From assembly GCA_025359825.1 (NCBI GenBank), contig JANYER010000161.1, positions 1-47,761 on the forward strand: a DNA stretch of 47,761 nt, in the 5' to 3' direction. Numbering within the stretch: position 1 is the first letter of the stretch; every line of letters begins with the position of its first letter. The stretch is from Granulicella sp. (GTDB taxonomy: Bacteria; Acidobacteriota; Terriglobia; Terriglobales; Acidobacteriaceae). Position numbers and translations under genes: made by a program. Positions 45,601-47,761 of this stretch are shown one piece after another. The notes beneath the pieces are model-generated. The model worked only from the letters and a program-made list of their open reading frames with translations, did not search any database and was not told where the DNA came from.

Positions 45601-47761
45601 CCGCACCGTTCCGAAGTCCGGCAAACGCTGGGGCAAAGGTTACATTGACTGTGCAGCTCTGCCCCGTGGCTACGTTCACCCCGGCACCGCAGGTGCCACC
45701 CGGAACCACAGCGAAGTCCTTGCCCGTCGCCCCCTGCATGGTCGCGATCAATGTGGCCGGGGTAGAGTTAGCCGCGAAAGTCAACGTAACCGGCTGCGCG
45801 GTGCCGGTCGTGCCAATGGCGATTGAGCCGAAGTCCGCTGGCGACGCCCCAACCGTCGTTGCCGCCGCACCCACTGCGACAAACCCAGCCGCCTTCGCCG
45901 ACACATAGATGGTGGCGCTGGTTGCGTCCGGGGTATACGTCGCAATCAGTTCGTCGGTACCGATAAGGAGCGAGTTCGCCGGAATGGTGATGGTAACGGT
46001 GCCGCTACTAAGTACGGCAGGCGGCGATGTATAGTTACCCCCCGCCAACGAGACAGTTCCCGTAGGCACCGGCGAGCCGCTCACCTGGCCCACCGCTACC
46101 GTCACCGACAGTGGCTGCCCTTGCGAGACGGACAGCACTGCGGGAGTAACAGTAATAGTGGGCACATTCAGGATCGTGGAAGTAACAGTTACGCTGCCCC
46201 TCCCGGCGGCAGGCGTGTACACCGAAGCGCTTGCGGAGTCGGGAAGGTACGTGAATGCCAGGGTGAAGTTTCCGGGCTGCAACGACCCCGCAGGGATCGT
46301 CAGCGTCGCAGAGCCGTTGACCAGCGCCACCGCCGCGGACGAGTAGCCCACTGCAGCGACCTGCACGGTTCCGGTCGCCGTGGGATTGCTACTGCCGCCG
46401 ATTACCTTCACCGTCAGCGTCAACGTCTGGGTCACGGCAACGACCGGCGAACTTATGCTGATGCCTAACACCGGAGTAAACAGACCAGCCCCGGTAAGCG
46501 CCAGGCTCTGTACAGAGCCGGCTACGTTCAGCGTGTTGTCATGGACTGACAGGGATCCTGCAATACTCTTGCCCGTGCCGATGGGATTGAACTGTATGCC
46601 CAGAATGCAGCTGTCTCCAGCAGCGAGCGTAGCTGACGGACTGCAGGTCGTAATACTGCTGTCGAATGAAAAATTTCCGTCGGAGAAGATCAGCCCGGAC
46701 AGCGCCATCGGTTGATTACCGAGATTATCCAGTGAGACCTTTTGCGGGCCGTCTGCCGTGTCCGGTTGTCCCGGCGGGGTGGGTGTCCTGAAGGTAATCG
46801 CGGGTGCCGCTGACCTGCCGATCTCAAATAGCGAAGCCCCACCGATCGATCCGAAATCGATGATATAAAGATCCCCTCCAGCCGAGACCGCTATCCCCGT
46901 CGGACCATTGAAGCCATTCGAAATCAAAGCTGAAGTCGTATATCCGCTGCTGACGAAGAGCTCGGTGACGGTAGTACTTCCGGAGGTAGCCGTTGTAACA
47001 AACAAATTGCCGCTACCATCCGCGGCAATGCCCTGCAACGAATTGAGGTTGCTGCCGATGTCATGGAGAACAGGCGATGCCGAAATACTGCCACCAACTG
47101 CAACAATCTCTTTGATGGTGCGATTCGATGGGTCGGAAAAAAATACATTCCCGGCGCCATCTACCGCGATTCCTTCCAGCGTGTTGTAGCCGCTGGTCAG
47201 CGTCCTGAGTGTCGAGTACCCGCCTGCCGCCACCAGCTCCATTACGCTATAGGCGCTACCCGCGCTGCTGCCGGTAAAGAATAGATTGCCGCTACCATCT
47301 ACCGCAATTCCAACCTGGTTACCAAAGCTGCCTGAAATGATCTTTGTCGTGACATAACCACCGCTACCACCGCTCGCGATAATCTCGGTGATCGTTCCAC
47401 TCGCCCCTACATCGCCTACCCAGATGTTGCCTGCACCGTCGAGTGCCAGCCCCCAGATCGCACGAAACGTTCCCGGTAGTTGAACAATGCAACTGGGCAC
47501 TGTACAACCGACTGGAATCTCAACCACCGACTCCTTCGCGGTGGAAGTATTGTCGCTGGCCATAAAGATGTTCCCGTTACCATCTACAGCGATGCCCTTA
47601 TCTGCGGTGATACCCAGGAACGGAAATCCCGAAGCAGCAATATTCAAAGCATGAAAGCCCGCTTGCGGCCCCGAGCCCACTCCCGAGACATAGGTACTGG
47701 CGAGCACGTTCCCTGCCGCATCATTCAGCGCTACAGCACCCCTGCGGAGTCCAGCAAACAG
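39683..47761 (-). CDS. Giant Ig-like/NHL-repeat surface protein (putative adhesin), 5' end outside window
   Basis: The frame stays open from 47707 to the window end (LFAGLRRGAVALNDAAGNV). NHL blades (GIAVDGxGNxF), ASH/choice-of-anchor-D-like and Big_3-like Ig domains, and a C-terminal TM hairpin followed by GCGG. Confidence 0.93.
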   Translation of the reverse strand: MFAGLRRGAVALNDAAGNVLASTYVSGVGSGPQAGFHALNIAASGFPFLGITADKGIAVDGNGNIFMASDNTSTAKESVVEIPVGCTVPSCIVQLPGTFRAIWGLALDGAGNIWVGDVGASGTITEIIASGGSGGYVTTKIISGSFGNQVGIAVDGSGNLFFTGSSAGSAYSVMELVAAGGYSTLRTLTSGYNTLEGIAVDGAGNVFFSDPSNRTIKEIVAVGGSISASPVLHDIGSNLNSLQGIAADGSGNLFVTTATSGSTTVTELFVSSGYTTSALISNGFNGPTGIAVSAGGDLYIIDFGSIGGASLFEIGRSAAPAITFRTPTPPGQPDTADGPQKVSLDNLGNQPMALSGLIFSDGNFSFDSSITTCSPSATLAAGDSCILGIQFNPIGTGKSIAGSLSVHDNTLNVAGSVQSLALTGAGLFTPVLGISISSPVVAVTQTLTLTVKVIGGSSNPTATGTVQVAAVGYSSAAVALVNGSATLTIPAGSLQPGNFTLAFTYLPDSASASVYTPAAGRGSVTVTSTILNVPTITVTPAVLSVSQGQPLSVTVAVGQVSGSPVPTGTVSLAGGNYTSPPAVLSSGTVTITIPANSLLIGTDELIATYTPDATSATIYVSAKAAGFVAVGAAATTVGASPADFGSIAIGTTGTAQPVTLTFAANSTPATLIATMQGATGKDFAVVPGGTCGAGVNVATGQSCTVNVTFAPAFAGLRNGAVLALDSNGQPLALTYIHGSGIGAQITFQTQVYYSYNGIQSTGYPFSITTLSDGFSHPNVAVDGAGNVFEADLGTGAILEIPAGCTNSSCVVTVLRAFYGPSALAVDGAGNIFVAEIGNGDVKKIPVGCKSYSCMQTIGSGFNQPYGLSVDSNGNVFVADTYNNAVKEVVAAGGYTTIKTLATGLDLPWSVVVNAAGDLFVAEGGDQCTIFIPGSCSTINTSLLMIPAAGGYQTIKTLAAGVFGKPFGLAIDGGGNVYEADYGDSCANEFTAASGYAVAIRLCSPSFVQFPEGVAVDGVGNVYLDDVIKGTISKLDFVDPPSMTFRTATQQGVADVQDGPQVIAIQNNGTAPMTFRSIVLSDSSFKLDSLTTCSTSTPLVVGGSCYLAVDFQPTKTGPLPATLTLTDNNLNLNPGTQVIQILAVALSPTPVILSTPTNPTNTTSATFTFSDTQTPISFVCSIDALPFAACSSPATYSSLSGGAHAFQVKAKDSAGNLSTAATYNWLVNSIGPPAPIITAAPAYLTNEDTATFAFTDAQAGVSFQCSLDGAAFATCTSGVNYSGLAGFANNYQIVTKRHTFAVKAQDGSGNFSPVTNRAWTDISTPFSAYPVDFGLVPVGQTSAVQSVTFNILNNGVSTQGAVATINALTMGVAGLDFTVTDPGTCAIGTALVRGATCTLKATFTPKFPGQRKGGILLLDSSGNGLGEAYIQGTGTSPQITFTPYSVVPYNILPVQNNADSGKNLYAPVTDIAVDGAGNVYAADSSILSKDQSVIVSNGDIWKFPAGCTGPTCSTLVATDRNGMQSTSAALVVPIGLTLDGAGVLWINNSALPYPAILPTIGTFFQTQCTDVPSFATYFQRTVVDGSGDAALVGSGILQSCYQNLGAGQTSQTRSFDFSGETPSLAIDPQNNYFVTDTGNNAIKEVLASSSYTISRLVGSGFNAPRGVAVDAYGNIYVADSGNNAIKEIVASSGYTQVLTLASFGSTGITPEELTLDALGNVYIATSSANVPTSNVGLTNQLVKLNFADAPAFLFPTQTKIGTTDTTDGTLTATVKNNGNQPLVISGLALSNTNFSLDANATTCSVSAPIAVGASCTVGVLFTPNGTGALTGTLTLTDNTLNASGSTQQFALSGTAFTTAATSAPTVTVTPSSTSITTADSDAVNVTVAGKAGSPTPTGTVTLIGGNYTSATVSLNGGSAVFTIPAGILAAGSTTLNAIYTPDTTASTTYGVGAGSASVTVLVINPNNPTVTVTPAVFSVNTQQSLVVSIAVSGGGGTRPTPSGSVTLSGGNFASLAMGLINGSTTITIPAGYLPAGANTLTAYYTPDSQAQPNYKSASGTSQVSVEAALKITPAITVTPAAFTIQTTQSLVVTLKVATGGGKSSPTGAIVLSSGSYTSVAAVLAQGSVTLSIPAGALAAGSDTLTATYTPDNASSLTFNNAAGNAMVTVAAPQVATATLLQSSVTSVASGANVTFTATVTPASGTAVPTGQVLLADGSSPLATLTLNAGGTATYSTTTLSVGQHSITAAYQGDSNDTASSSSALTVTVTALRVQVVVGTTSAGLSFSVDGTSFSSPQTLTWSVGSTHTLATTSPQTSGGTQNTFASWSDGGAISHPVTAPASAASLTAAFNTAYQLTTATSPSAGGSVAPASGTFYAAGTVVNLTASPNSGYNFTSWTGGVASANNASTTVTMSAPASVTANFVAALAAVSLTPPSLSFTAVAGTTSAAQTATLTNTGNASLTITGITLVGTNPTSFAQTNTCGSSLAAGASCTLSVTFTASSATSFAATLTVADSAAGSPHVVALSATGTVAPSFTLSSPNASQTVVRGGAATFAISITPVNGAYPNIVTLSASGLPTGATATFTPATVTPGSSPATSTLTIQTARASAELIQWRLAMPTLAFIGLLIVPRARYRWITLTLLLFASLGALTTITGCGGGFGSAGSAAATYNITVNGTSGATQQTTNVTLIVQ

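Noticed and set aside
47705-47707. GTG at 47707 as the start of the giant protein
   Set aside because: The frame is open to the window edge, the upstream residues continue a repeated Ig motif, and there is no signal peptide.

Overview
GC-rich bacterial chromosomal segment. Gene content and intergenic repeat styles point to Acidobacteriota, probably Acidobacteriaceae (inference). 1-38.7 kb is mostly core or envelope genes: a ClC-like transporter (5' truncated), an LLM-family oxidoreductase, deoC, a GAF-GAF-PP2C phosphatase, miaB-nuclease-GT9-aroA, two tRNA-Glu genes, a DUF507 pair, recJ, an MFP-TPR-TolC trio, hopanoid genes (hpnJ plus two small DMT/EamA genes; Zn-dehydrogenase-hpnC-hpnD-hpnE) interrupted by a DUF1800/DUF1501 pair, mlaE/mlaF-like genes, ftsB, bioY, mqnD, a CatA-like acetyltransferase and tRNA-Lys. 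After tRNA-Lys the strand composition changes, and the window ends in a >2,690-aa Ig/NHL-repeat surface protein (5' end outside the window) followed by a small outer-membrane beta-barrel gene. Best candidate for an undescribed system: the last Ig domain of the giant protein is split by a membrane hairpin carrying an internal lipobox, which suggests lipid anchoring by beta-strand complementation, with the beta-barrel as a possible partner. Also notable: a 55-56 bp tandem array that copies the phosphatase 3' end, a candidate structured ncRNA with terminator below tRNA-Glu, an unannotated 47-aa membrane protein, and an MlaF lacking the catalytic Glu. All family assignments come from recognising motifs by eye; no searches were run.
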